A DNA stretch of 62,625 bases from a virus (taxonomy: Duplodnaviria > Caudoviricetes), in the IMG/VR virus record IMGVR_UViG_3300042475_004015, positions 1-62,625 of that record. One strand, given 5' to 3'. Of this stretch, positions 1 to 9,173 are shown piece by piece. A model generated the notes under the pieces. It saw only the letters and a program-made list of their open reading frames with translations. It was not told the origin of the DNA and did no database searches. The translations under genes and the position numbers were made by a program. The stretch's first letter is position 1; every line of letters starts with the position of its first letter.

Positions 1-127
1 ATCAGAGAATAAAGGGTTTGAGACACTACAGGGTGCCGGTCATAAATAACTGACCGTTTATCCTGTAGGTATTTTTTTACTCTTTCGTTAATCTCGCCTG
101 GGTATTTTTCTCTACCTTCACTAGCCC
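1..127. repeat. 127-bp terminal direct repeat (circular assembly overlap), left copy
   Basis: 1-127 is identical to 62499-62625; a CDS reads through the junction. Confidence 0.95.
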
Positions 128-215
128 TAATCGGCATATTAAAGGCTTCAGACAAGACTTTAGCTAGAGTGGATTTACCAGAATTGTCTGGGCCTTCAAG
201 TACGATAGTAGTCAT
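1..215 (-). CDS. 5' part of P-loop dNMP kinase / MazG-like pyrophosphatase fusion (continues at 62498-61793)
   Basis: ATG at 215 gives MTTIVLEGPDNSGKSTLAK...IYDRHPVVSQTLYSLI, in frame with the 61793-62524 ORF through the overlap; Walker A and DR motif of NMP kinases. Confidence 0.88.
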   Translation of the reverse strand, partial: MTTIVLEGPDNSGKSTLAKVLSEAFNMPIRASEGREKYPGEINERVKKYLQDKRSVIYDRHPVVSQTLYSL

Positions 216-290
216 GTAAAACTCTCTGTTGATTTTGGTTTGATTATTATTTAATAGTAAACACTCAACAAGTCAATCGAAAGGTTCAAC

Positions 291-485
291 ATGCTTTCTG
301 AGTATCTTACGGTAAAGGAAGCAGCTGATTTACTAGGTCTCAAACCCCCTACATTAAGTGCAAGAATAAGAAAAGGCCTTATAAAAAGTGAGAAAAAAGG
401 CTGGAACGTATTCATTCACCTAGATGAGATAAAGAGGCTTAAGTCAGATGCTGATACTACAAATATGGGCAAAACAACCCGGTGA
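291..485 (+). CDS. Excisionase-like HTH (HTH_17/MerR-type) DNA-binding protein
   Basis: YLTVKEAADLLGLKPPTLSARIRKGLIKSEK. Confidence 0.8.
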   Translation: MLSEYLTVKEAADLLGLKPPTLSARIRKGLIKSEKKGWNVFIHLDEIKRLKSDADTTNMGKTTR

Positions 486-2322
486 CTACTTCTTTATCAG
501 CACAAAATCAGCCGATAAGAAGTGGTATGATAAAGCCTTTCATAGGAGTGAGTTAAAAAAGGTAAGAGAATACATAGAGGATAATCTAGACAAAGACGTT
601 TATTGGTGTCCTCATGGTTTTTCTAAACCTTTTCGTCAAAAGAGGTTTTCAGTACCGCCTTTCCTATTATGGGCTGACCTAGATGAGGCTAATCCTAGCG
701 AAATACCAGTAAAGCCATCGGTAGCTTGGGAGTCTTCACCTGGTAGATATGCCTGTGTTTGGCTTGTAGATGAAAAAATAACCGACACTGTTAATCAAAG
801 ACTTACACAGTTTGTAGGGGCAGATCCCGGTGGGTGGGATTACACTCAGGTGCTTAGGGTACCTGGCACTAGGAATTATAAATACAGTAGCTCACCAAAA
901 GTTAGGTATATACTAAAAGATGGACCCTCTTATAGCTATAAAGAATTAATTAAGAGTATACCAAAAGCTAAAGAGGTCAAAAAAGAAGAACATGACTCAT
1001 CTGCTATCTTTAAAAAATATGAAAAGCAACTATCACCATTCGTTAGAAAAGAGTTGCTTAATGGTAAGCCGCAAATAGGTAAGAGAAGTGAAGTCTTCTG
1101 GAAATTAGCTAACGAATTAGTAGAAAGTGGTGTATCACGAGAAGAGACTAAAATACTATTAGCCAATTCTGTATGGAATAAATTTAAAGGTCGAAATGAC
1201 GAAGATCGCCAACTAAATGATGCTATAGAAAAAGCAGTGGAAGAAAAATTCAGTAAAAAAGATACTGAAGAAGAGCCCTATAAGTACCTATCAAAAACTT
1301 TAGAAGACTATGACGACGAAGAGACGGATTGGATAATACCGGGGTGGCTAGCAGCGAGTGAAGTAAATATACTACAGGGTGACCCCGGTATCGGAAAAAG
1401 CCAGTTAGCTCAGTACTTTGCAGGATGTATAGCTGATGGTAGAACTTTCCCTACAGATAAAAGGATGAAGCCTGTAGTAGGCTCTGTAGCATTGTTTGAT
1501 CCAGAAAATAGTCCATCTATAGTTACACGAAAGAGGATGAGGAATAATGGCTTTAAGTGCCTTAATAAGATCTTCTGTGAGGTTCAATCCTTTCAGCTAG
1601 ATGATGAAGCTACAGTAAATTATGTGATGGAGAGGCTTGATTCTGTAAAGGACTTAAAGCTTGTTATTTTTGATACCATCGGAAACTTTACTGGCTCTGT
1701 AGATACTCATAAAGGTTCCGATGTTACCAAAATGTTTTATGTTTTAAAACAGATAGCTATAAGGAAAAGGTGTTCAGTTTTAGTGCTTGCTCACCTTAAC
1801 AAGAGTAAAGGTAACTCTGCACTCTACAAAGGTATGGGAAGTATAGCATCAGCCGGTGCCGCAAGGATCGTAAACCAAGTAGCAAAACACCCTGTAGATG
1901 AGAATGTTTTAGTATTATCACAAGTTAAAAATAACCTAGGGCCTCACCAAAAGAGTAGGGTTTTTACTATCGAAAATTTACCGGATTTATTAAATGAAAC
2001 AGATAGATGTAAGATTATAATAGGTGACACAATAGATTTAAGTGCGGATGATGTTCTTAACTCAGATAAACACAAGGAGCAAAAGCCGGATGATCTACAG
2101 CAAAAAATAGAGGCCTGTATTGATTGGTTAGACATGATTTTAGGTGAAGGGCCCGTTGAGGCAGTGAAAGTTCAAACTGCATCTGATAAGAAAGGTTTTA
2201 GCAAGAGAGTACTACAATCCGCTTGCGAGACTATGGGTGTTATAAAAGATAAGAAAGGTTTTGGCGGTAAATCCTACTGGGGTTTACCAGGCAGTACTGC
2301 TAAAAAAGATAACCTTGAGTAG
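448..2322 (+). CDS. Primase-helicase (RepB-type primase + AAA_25/RecA-like helicase)
   Basis: LWADLD, WESSPGRY, LRVPGTRNYKY primase motifs; Walker A GDPGIGKS; LVIFD Walker B; HLNK. Confidence 0.85.
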   Translation: MLILQIWAKQPGDYFFISTKSADKKWYDKAFHRSELKKVREYIEDNLDKDVYWCPHGFSKPFRQKRFSVPPFLLWADLDEANPSEIPVKPSVAWESSPGRYACVWLVDEKITDTVNQRLTQFVGADPGGWDYTQVLRVPGTRNYKYSSSPKVRYILKDGPSYSYKELIKSIPKAKEVKKEEHDSSAIFKKYEKQLSPFVRKELLNGKPQIGKRSEVFWKLANELVESGVSREETKILLANSVWNKFKGRNDEDRQLNDAIEKAVEEKFSKKDTEEEPYKYLSKTLEDYDDEETDWIIPGWLAASEVNILQGDPGIGKSQLAQYFAGCIADGRTFPTDKRMKPVVGSVALFDPENSPSIVTRKRMRNNGFKCLNKIFCEVQSFQLDDEATVNYVMERLDSVKDLKLVIFDTIGNFTGSVDTHKGSDVTKMFYVLKQIAIRKRCSVLVLAHLNKSKGNSALYKGMGSIASAGAARIVNQVAKHPVDENVLVLSQVKNNLGPHQKSRVFTIENLPDLLNETDRCKIIIGDTIDLSADDVLNSDKHKEQKPDDLQQKIEACIDWLDMILGEGPVEAVKVQTASDKKGFSKRVLQSACETMGVIKDKKGFGGKSYWGLPGSTAKKDNLE

Positions 2323-2335
2323 TAAACTAGAAGAA

Positions 2336-2370
2336 ACCCACTAGATTATTAGTCTAGTGGGCTTATTTTT
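2336..2370. terminator. Hairpin terminator between convergent genes
   Basis: CCCACTAGA-ttattag-TCTAGTGGG followed by ttattttt. Confidence 0.7.
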
Positions 2371-2383
2371 AGTATAGGTGTTA

Positions 2384-3169
2384 CTAAACTTTTGGGTATT
2401 TTGAAGTGATAAACTCTTCAGGTGCTACTAGGTCAGCGAAGATAAGGGGGAAGATTTCCTTAGCGTATGGTAGAATACAAAGACTTAGCCTTCTGATTTC
2501 AGCATCAGCACCCTCGCCACCTCTTAATTCTAAAAAGTGTCTTAATGCTCTTAGGTTACAAGTCATTACCAGCCTTGTTTCTGCAGCATTGGGTAGTAAA
2601 GATCTAGCTGTTTCATTGATACGCTTTTTAAGCTTACTAGGTACTTTAACGTCTGAGTTTATATACCCTAAGTCTTTTTGAAGGTTAATGTAAGCCTGTA
2701 AGCTATGGTCACAAGCAGTCTTAAAGTTATTAATAAGACCCTCATCATTCAAGTCAACTAACAAGGGCGGAATAACAAACTTTAGGTCTTTAGCATCTAC
2801 ATACCGTTGGGACTCTTGACTCCATGCAAAGCCAGCTCTATGACGAACAAGCTCGTGACTACAGGAACGTGAGATACCAGAGATAGCGAAGGAGATGCTT
2901 GAGTGCTCAAGAACAGAGCCGTGTCTTTGCTCTAGAATGTTCTCGATATACTGTTTGCTATCACGACCCTTTTCCCAGGACCGGTAGCAGTGTCTACCAG
3001 CAAACTCAACTAGCGCATCTGGTACCTTAGAAGTAAACAACTGATGTAGCGGGGTAGACTCGTTATCAGCTAGATCGCCTAAACTATGATAATCGACCCA
3101 GTAATCCAGGTTTTCATGACTCATCGTAGACCAAGCAATGGGTACTACTGTAGGTTGTGTAAGATACAT
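2384..3169 (-). CDS. thyX: Flavin-dependent thymidylate synthase
   Basis: HGSVLEH, SHELVRHR...SQESQRY, NLRALRHFLELR, AEIR motifs. Confidence 0.95.
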   Translation of the reverse strand: MYLTQPTVVPIAWSTMSHENLDYWVDYHSLGDLADNESTPLHQLFTSKVPDALVEFAGRHCYRSWEKGRDSKQYIENILEQRHGSVLEHSSISFAISGISRSCSHELVRHRAGFAWSQESQRYVDAKDLKFVIPPLLVDLNDEGLINNFKTACDHSLQAYINLQKDLGYINSDVKVPSKLKKRINETARSLLPNAAETRLVMTCNLRALRHFLELRGGEGADAEIRRLSLCILPYAKEIFPLIFADLVAPEEFITSKYPKV

Positions 3170-3714
3170 AGATTCATAATCCTTTTAAAGTTAGCTTGAA
3201 GAGATATTAATACACTGGCTTGATCCATAGTCAACCCGACATCTTCTGGTAAACCCAGTGTAGAATACTGGCCTTCAACAGCCATATACTTTTTTTCTTT
3301 TTTTAAAGTAGCTTCATAACCCCCTTTATTAAACTCTTTTTTAGCAGCTGCTATAACCTCCCTAATAAAGGTATACGAGCCTATAAGTTTAGCTTTATCC
3401 CAGTGATTACCTATACTAAGAAGATAGTAATTTTTACTTCCACCCCAAAGCCCGCCACGGGTTATCACTAACCTAACATAGTCAACATGATCCGTTACCC
3501 AAAAGCCAAAAACGTAACTCCAACCCTCACCCATAAGAAGCTCGTCAGCTTTAGGTAGATTAGCGATCTGTATTTGATCTAAAAGTAAGTGCCTTAAATA
3601 CTCTGAGCTTGATATACTCAGTTTATGACATTGGTCTTCAATAAAGGCTCTATGATCTTCAGTGATAGAGGTATTGATAGTTACATCTTTATTCTTAAGT
3701 TTCTTGATTGACAT
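3145..3714 (-). CDS. Hypothetical protein with N-terminal ribbon-helix-helix-like segment
   Basis: INTSITEDHRAFIEDQCHKLSISSSEYLRHLL; GAGG upstream. Confidence 0.5.
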   Translation of the reverse strand: MSIKKLKNKDVTINTSITEDHRAFIEDQCHKLSISSSEYLRHLLLDQIQIANLPKADELLMGEGWSYVFGFWVTDHVDYVRLVITRGGLWGGSKNYYLLSIGNHWDKAKLIGSYTFIREVIAAAKKEFNKGGYEATLKKEKKYMAVEGQYSTLGLPEDVGLTMDQASVLISLQANFKRIMNLCILHNLQ

Positions 3715-3776
3715 AGTGACCTCTTTATTTAGGTTATAGTTAAGTTATTATAGATAAGATAGAGGTGAATGATACT

Positions 3777-4298
3777 TTAGATGCTTTGGATATAAGTACA
3801 CCATTGTGGTGCATTACGTTTTGTCCATTTTGGTAGAAGTTTATCAGCGGGCCAACGGGCGTTTAAATATGTACGATAAGCTTCAATAAGAGGTAGGTGT
3901 TTAAAGTCTAAGTCACGCTTTTTAGAAGCAGCAGCATTATAGAATTGTGGTAGATAACCGATAGGTAAGTTATTAATAAAAAGCTTTTCAAAAGGTTGTT
4001 TCATCTCATCGATAGTTTTATGGGACTTTTCAAACCTGTAGACATACTCATCGCATAATGCTATAAAATGTCTGTAAACCCAATATAGATTATCATAACT
4101 ATCAATAGCTTTTTGAGTTATTTGTGACTTTAGGTGACAGTCTTTATAAAGCTTCATATCACCAGTATCAATTTGTGGGTGACGTTTAATAGCGGTGCAC
4201 AAAAGCTGACAATTCTCAAGCACCATTTTACGGACTCGTTTATCATCGAGTGCCTGAGCGCTAAGTACAGGGCAATAATCGGTTACAAAAAGGTTCAT
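3777..4298 (-). CDS. Pyrimidine-dimer DNA glycosylase (Pyr_excise/DenV-like) family protein
   Basis: MNLFVTDYCPVLSAQALDDKRVRKMVLENCQLL, EYVYRFEKSH, AYRTY..K..WT.R..P.W family motifs. Confidence 0.75.
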   Translation of the reverse strand: MNLFVTDYCPVLSAQALDDKRVRKMVLENCQLLCTAIKRHPQIDTGDMKLYKDCHLKSQITQKAIDSYDNLYWVYRHFIALCDEYVYRFEKSHKTIDEMKQPFEKLFINNLPIGYLPQFYNAAASKKRDLDFKHLPLIEAYRTYLNARWPADKLLPKWTKRNAPQWCTYIQSI

Positions 4299-4425
4299 AA
4301 AAAAACTCCTATCAAGAGTTGAATCTTAATAGGAGTCAAGTTATAACACAACACCTTTACACTGGTATTCATTTAAGACACAACCCTTAAATGAACAACA
4401 CGATTTATCATAAACACAGGCATGA

Positions 4426-4725
4426 TTAATTGATACTATTATTTAATGAGTTTTTAATGGCTTCATAGTCGGTATTTAACTGTTCTACAGTTCCTTCATC
4501 TAAGGCCATTTTGCATGATAGCATAAGGTTTAACACTACACTAAGAAACATGACCTTGGAGACGTTAGAATCTGGTAGGCACTTAATCAGCTGATCGTGA
4601 GCTATGGTGTTAAGTGTAGACACAGCTTCGATATAGGAAAAGGCTGCTTCGGTAGCTGTATTTTTAACAGAGGCTTCTACGGCTATACTGTTAATAAACT
4701 TAATGGCTTCATTTTCAATGTTCAT
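4426..4725 (-). CDS. Hypothetical protein
   Basis: ORF coupled to the upstream exonuclease; GGAG upstream of the ATG at 4725. Confidence 0.55.
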   Translation of the reverse strand: MNIENEAIKFINSIAVEASVKNTATEAAFSYIEAVSTLNTIAHDQLIKCLPDSNVSKVMFLSVVLNLMLSCKMALDEGTVEQLNTDYEAIKNSLNNSIN

Positions 4726-5251
4726 TTTTAAGGTCTCCAATGATTTTACAGATCAAGTTAATCTGTGATTTACAGTCGTCTACAGCCTTGTGGGCTGTAC
4801 CTACTTTATCAGCGATAGCATCTTTTCTATACCTTATTCTGTAGAGCTCTTGAGCCGTTCGTATATCCATACACTTCTTGTAGTTAATAGGGCTTCTGTA
4901 GCCAAAAGCCTGTAGTAGAGAGTTAAGAAGGGGTATATCAAACGTAGCATGAGACCACACATAAGTATCCCTATCGATCATACTATCAATACAATCAATT
5001 AAAGAGGAGATAGGGTAACTATCCATTTTAAAGATTTCACGAGCTTCATTCGACTGTTTTAACCACCATTTAATAGTGGATGGGTCGGTAGTAAGCCCGG
5101 CTTTTATCTGCTCGGTCATTGATAGGTGTATATGTAGAGTCTTCAGGGGAGTAGGGTTAGGCGGATCAAATAGCACTATAGCAACATGAGTAACTACACA
5201 TCCAGGGGATTTACCCATAGTCTCTAAGTCAAGCATTGCGTGTATTGTCAT
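4715..5251 (-). CDS. DEDDh 3'-5' exonuclease (Rv2179c-like)
   Basis: MLDLETMG, WSHATFDIPLL, DIRT, HKAVDDCKSQ. Confidence 0.85.
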   Translation of the reverse strand: MTIHAMLDLETMGKSPGCVVTHVAIVLFDPPNPTPLKTLHIHLSMTEQIKAGLTTDPSTIKWWLKQSNEAREIFKMDSYPISSLIDCIDSMIDRDTYVWSHATFDIPLLNSLLQAFGYRSPINYKKCMDIRTAQELYRIRYRKDAIADKVGTAHKAVDDCKSQINLICKIIGDLKNEH

Positions 5252-5553
5252 TTTTTTACCCTACTTTCAAGAATGGTTATTTTAGCTTCTAGGACACCTC
5301 TTTCCCTTTCGCAGTGTATCAGGCTAACCTGCAGTGTATTAACCTCTTTCTCTAGGGCAACTATTTGAGACCTAAGGGAATCTACATGGTTCATTAAGCT
5401 TGATTGGAAGCTTAGATTATTCTTCATAGTTTGCTGATTAAGGTCACGCCTTTGGACCTGTATGGTTTTCACAGCAGCAACAACTGAAGCTAATATAGAC
5501 GCAAGTACTATGCCAAGGTCTTTTAGGGTTTGAAGTTCAAGTTCGATAACCAT
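5248..5553 (-). CDS. Single-TM coiled-coil membrane protein
   Basis: Hydrophobic GIVLASILASVVAAV followed by a heptad-rich tail. Confidence 0.55.
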   Translation of the reverse strand: MVIELELQTLKDLGIVLASILASVVAAVKTIQVQRRDLNQQTMKNNLSFQSSLMNHVDSLRSQIVALEKEVNTLQVSLIHCERERGVLEAKITILESRVKK

Positions 5554-5891
5554 TCGATTATATTAAACCTCCATTTATAAAGTGAGTAAGCTGTGATTGA
5601 AGTAACTAAAAATGTAGCTAACATCACTACGTTTATCATTATAGGTAACTGGTAAAATACGCCTAACACTTCTATAAATCGGTAGAGGCTACACAAGCCA
5701 ACAATTATGCCAAAAAGTGAGATAAAGCCTCTTAGAGGTGAAGGTTTAAGTGAAGAGGATTTTTGTAGTATATAATAGATGATCAGTACTATAGCAAGAT
5801 CTGATAAACCCGTCAGGGTGTTACTTAAAACAAAAAGATGTATGTTAAGGGGGTCTAAATCCCTAACAGTAGTGCACATCGCTAGACTCAT
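5523..5891 (-). CDS. Three-TM membrane protein resembling the ethylene-receptor-type sensor domain
   Basis: Three hydrophobic helices; LFVLSNTLTGLS, FISLFGIIVGLCSLYRFIEV, ATFLVTSITA. Confidence 0.5.
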   Translation of the reverse strand: MSLAMCTTVRDLDPLNIHLFVLSNTLTGLSDLAIVLIIYYILQKSSSLKPSPLRGFISLFGIIVGLCSLYRFIEVLGVFYQLPIMINVVMLATFLVTSITAYSLYKWRFNIIEWLSNLNFKP

Positions 5892-5939
5892 ATTGCCACC
5901 CCATTTATGGCAATATATACCCGCCGCAAATTTAAGTCA

Positions 5940-6434
5940 CTAGGATAATAATCTTTTCACAATACGATTCCTTACAAGATAAAGCTTATCTAGCAAAACA
6001 TCATTGCTAGTATCTGGTTGATTATCAAGCAAATATCCAATTAAGTCAGGATACCCTTTATAGTCCTTACCTAATGAGCCTCTATTAAAGATAGGTTTAA
6101 AATTAGCAGGTTTAAAGAAAAAGACATTAACTAAAATCCAATGTGGAATATCCTTTTGATCAGTGGGTGGTAGCGACCCTATTTGAGGGAACCCTAATTG
6201 TAAACAAAGATCATTATAACGATCTAACAACTTATCATTAAGCGTTATCGGGACCACTTTAAAATCATGAAACTTATTCTTAAGGCATCCTAAAGACTTA
6301 GTCCTACCTGTAGTAAGATTAACTTTTAAAACTTCTTTTGTTAAACCACAGTTACAGCTAACAATAGCTTTTGAGCCTTCTATAGATTTAACTGTCATAC
6401 AACCAAAAGGGTCACCTATATTAACTTTTTTCAT
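5940..6434 (-). CDS. Protein with the N-terminal motif typical of phage HNH/AP2 endonucleases, no HNH core evident
   Basis: GDPFGCMTV...SCNCG..KEV...L.TG.TKSLGC. Confidence 0.5.
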   Translation of the reverse strand: MKKVNIGDPFGCMTVKSIEGSKAIVSCNCGLTKEVLKVNLTTGRTKSLGCLKNKFHDFKVVPITLNDKLLDRYNDLCLQLGFPQIGSLPPTDQKDIPHWILVNVFFFKPANFKPIFNRGSLGKDYKGYPDLIGYLLDNQPDTSNDVLLDKLYLVRNRIVKRLLS

Positions 6435-6613
6435 CTTATATACTCTATAAATTGGGGTCTAATGTGTTCAGAAACACCAAAATCTATATTAAATAAAATG
6501 ATAACTATATCAAACTATTTCTTGTTGGTTATTTAACCCTTATATAACAGGTTGACCTAGTATTACTTTATAAATATCATCTTTTCTATCAAAAACTATC
6601 TATGGGAGGAATC

Positions 6614-6748
6614 ATGGAAGAGGAAAATGAGGGCATAGAGTTTTGCCCATGCTGTGAACAATGGGTTGACGAGTTATTGCCATGCCCTACCGATGACTTT
6701 ACCAGGGTATGTTTTGCATGCCTGGAATCAATGGAAGAAGATGAGTAA
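6614..6748 (+). CDS. Small acidic Cys-rich protein (44 aa, not in ORF track)
   Basis: GGAGGA RBS; MEEENEGIEFCPCCEQWVDELLPCPTDDFTRVCFACLESMEEDE. Confidence 0.55.
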   Translation: MEEENEGIEFCPCCEQWVDELLPCPTDDFTRVCFACLESMEEDE

Positions 6749-6751
6749 ACT

Positions 6752-7278
6752 ATGAAAAAGTACACACAAAAAGACCTAGAGGATCACAACTTAATCACTA
6801 ATGTATATGATTTTGTAAGGGATAAATTCCGAACACCTTGGGACCCAGAAAATGATAGCTTTGAAAGCTGTCTTCTTTCAAGATCACAGGTCTCTGAAAT
6901 GTTTAGGCTGATGTCAGATGCGACAGGTGTAGAAAAATCGGATTTAATAATAACCTTTGCAAACCACTACAAAATCCCTAAAAGAGGAGAAAGTCTATGA
7001 CTACGTTGTTGCTTTATAAAGATAAGTTTGCCTATTACGAAGTAAAACCTCTACAGCCATCTGATATTAAATGGGGGTTAGTCCCCTTTTATCATGATAA
7101 AGAGGCTCAACTTCAAAGAAGGCTATCTGAAGAGCATCAGGTTGAATATGGCTTTACTAAAACTAATATAGGTGTAAGTAAATTCCACGACCATATTATT
7201 GACTTTGGACTTGAGATAGTACCTATTTGCCTATCTAAAAATGGAGAAAAAGTTATTAAGGTCGAGGTAAAAGACTAA
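6752..7278 (+). CDS. Two coupled hypothetical proteins (6752-7000, 6997-7278)
   Basis: ATGA overlap; GAGGAG before the second gene. Confidence 0.55.
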
Positions 7279-7375
7279 ATCTTGATCAGTAATAGTGTAG
7301 CTTTTAGAATAGAGGTTTTATCTATAAAAAGAAATCATTATTATAAAACTACAACAACTGAAACAGGAGATTTAT

Positions 7376-7612
7376 ATGGTTGATGAAGATGACAGTGACG
7401 TTAAGCAATCAGCGGTTGATCGCTTTCAAGAGATTATGTATACAATCTCTGAATTAGCTCAAGAAGCAGTTGATTTATTGCCTGAACACGCAGTTGCAGC
7501 AGCTAAGTCTTATTGGTACCCCCATATCTTATGTGCTATCGGGGACTCATACCATGACTATCTGGGCGGTAGCATGTGCAGTATGGAGGATTCATTAGAA
7601 ACCTTACAATAA
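7376..7612 (+). CDS. Acidic hypothetical protein
   Basis: AGGAG RBS, 78 aa. Confidence 0.65.
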   Translation: MVDEDDSDVKQSAVDRFQEIMYTISELAQEAVDLLPEHAVAAAKSYWYPHILCAIGDSYHDYLGGSMCSMEDSLETLQ

Positions 7613-7622
7613 AGTATCAATG

Positions 7623-7697
7623 GGTCGTCTAGTTCAATGGTAGAACGTCCCGCTCATAACGGGTTAGTTATCGGTTCGAGTCCGGTGGCGACCACCA
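7623..7697 (+). tRNA. tRNA with CAT anticodon (Ile2 or elongator Met)
   Basis: Acceptor GGTCGTC/GGCGACC, anticodon loop CTCATAA, TTCGAGT T-loop, encoded CCA; paired 1:72 so not an initiator. Confidence 0.9.
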
Positions 7698-7764
7698 TAT
7701 AACAGTTGAACTTTTTAACAAAACGACATTATAATCCCTTCTAAACTTAATCAAAGGAGTCTTT

Positions 7765-7998
7765 ATGACAAACAAAAACCCTATCCAAGAAGTACCTGAC
7801 CTTTACGTTCAAAAAGTAGATGGTCTTATTCGCTCCGGCTTCAACTTAAACAAAGTAGCTATGTTTAATGTAGACAGACAGTCTGGTGTGATTAACCTTA
7901 CCTTGACTTTTGTTGTGGGTGTTAGTTATGTGGTTTCTTTAACTACAGAAGCTGAGCTGGAAGCTTTTGTTGCTAAGCTTGAAAAGATCATTAACTAA
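7765..7998 (+). CDS. Hypothetical protein
   Basis: AAGGAG RBS; TTGAAC-N18-TATAAT at 7706-7735. Confidence 0.65.
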   Translation: MTNKNPIQEVPDLYVQKVDGLIRSGFNLNKVAMFNVDRQSGVINLTLTFVVGVSYVVSLTTEAELEAFVAKLEKIIN

Positions 7999-8008
7999 CT
8001 ACTGGTCA

Positions 8009-8085
8009 GACCTCTTAGCTCAACTGGATAGAGCACCTGCCTTCTAAGCAGGATGTTACAGGTTCGAGTCCTGTAGAGGTCGCCA
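8009..8085 (+). tRNA. tRNA-Arg(TCT)
   Basis: Acceptor GACCTCT/AGAGGTC, anticodon arm CCTGC-CTTCTAA-GCAGG, GGTTCGAGTCC, CCA. Confidence 0.95.
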
Positions 8086-8111
8086 ACTTAACTTAACTTA
8101 TAGGAGATAAT

Positions 8112-8285
8112 ATGATACAGCCAAAAATTGGTGACTATGTAAGGGAACGTGCTACTGGTCTTGTATATTTAGTTATAACAGAAGCTCCTTGGCTTTTAGT
8201 AAAACCCGGTCAACTCCCAATAAAACATGCTATAGACCTTTATAACGCTACAGTTATAGAGTTAGTGCAAGTGACGAGTGTTTAG
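8112..8285 (+). CDS. Small hypothetical protein (57 aa, not in ORF track)
   Basis: AGGAG RBS; MIQPKIGDYVRERATGLVYLV... Confidence 0.55.
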   Translation: MIQPKIGDYVRERATGLVYLVITEAPWLLVKPGQLPIKHAIDLYNATVIELVQVTSV

Positions 8286-8296
8286 TATCAAGCGCC

Positions 8297-8325
8297 TTGA
8301 CAATGGGTTATTAACCAGTTATAGT
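8297..8325 (+). promoter_or_regulatory. Sigma70-like promoter
   Basis: TTGACA-N17-TATAGT. Confidence 0.7.
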
Positions 8326-8353
8326 AACTTAAGTAAAGTTATTAAGGTGAGTT

Positions 8354-9157
8354 ATGGCCAATAACATTAGCGTAAAAGATTCCTCTGGAGTTACTCAAGT
8401 AGTTAAAACTACAGAGGTTTCGTCGGTACATACCCCTCACCAAAATGCTCAATTATATGTTAATGGTCAGGATGTTACCAACCTAAATCCTGTCCCGGTA
8501 GATACTGGGCTTACACCTTTAACTAATACTGAGTTAAGGGCTACAGCTGTGCCTGTGTCCGGTCCATTAACTGATGCTCAACTAAGGGCTACAGCAGTAC
8601 CGGTATCTGGCCCATTAACAGATGCCCAGTTAAGGGCTACTTCTATACCTGTAACGACTGGCGGATTAACTGATGCAGAGTTAAGAGCTACTCCAATCCC
8701 CGTTACCAGTAATGGACTAACTAATACTGAATTAAGGGCTACGGCTGTACCTGTAACAGGGCCTTTAACTGATGCTCAATTAAGGGCATCGTCAATCCCC
8801 GTTACTAGTAATGGACTAACTGATGCAGAGTTAAGAGCTGACCCTATCAGTGTAACGAGTGAATCTGCTGTAGCAGTAAGAATGCTTAATGCTTTAATAG
8901 CACCCCTTACTTATGCTTGTAACCAAGCAAACGGTAAACTCCGTGTTGATGTAGCAGGTGAGACTCTGGGTACTGTAACCACAGTATCTACTGTAACTAC
9001 AGTATCTACAGTATCTACTGTAACTACAGTATCTACTGTAAATACAGTATCTACTGTAACAAACCTGGCTCAGATTGGTTCTATAGCTGCTAACTCGCTT
9101 ATCCTTGATGCGATGTATAACCAATACGCAAATGGCGTTCGTGCTAATATAACTTAA
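8354..9157 (+). CDS. Repeat-rich putative virion fibre protein
   Basis: 7 copies of (P/G)LT(D/N)x(Q/E)LRAxx(V/I)PV(S/T) and a TVSTVT run. Confidence 0.6.
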   Translation: MANNISVKDSSGVTQVVKTTEVSSVHTPHQNAQLYVNGQDVTNLNPVPVDTGLTPLTNTELRATAVPVSGPLTDAQLRATAVPVSGPLTDAQLRATSIPVTTGGLTDAELRATPIPVTSNGLTNTELRATAVPVTGPLTDAQLRASSIPVTSNGLTDAELRADPISVTSESAVAVRMLNALIAPLTYACNQANGKLRVDVAGETLGTVTTVSTVTTVSTVSTVTTVSTVNTVSTVTNLAQIGSIAANSLILDAMYNQYANGVRANIT

Positions 9158-9173
9158 ATAATAGGTCTATGCT

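Noticed and set aside
5940-6434. Active HNH homing endonuclease
   Set aside because: Only the N-terminal accessory motif is visible; no HNH catalytic motif found
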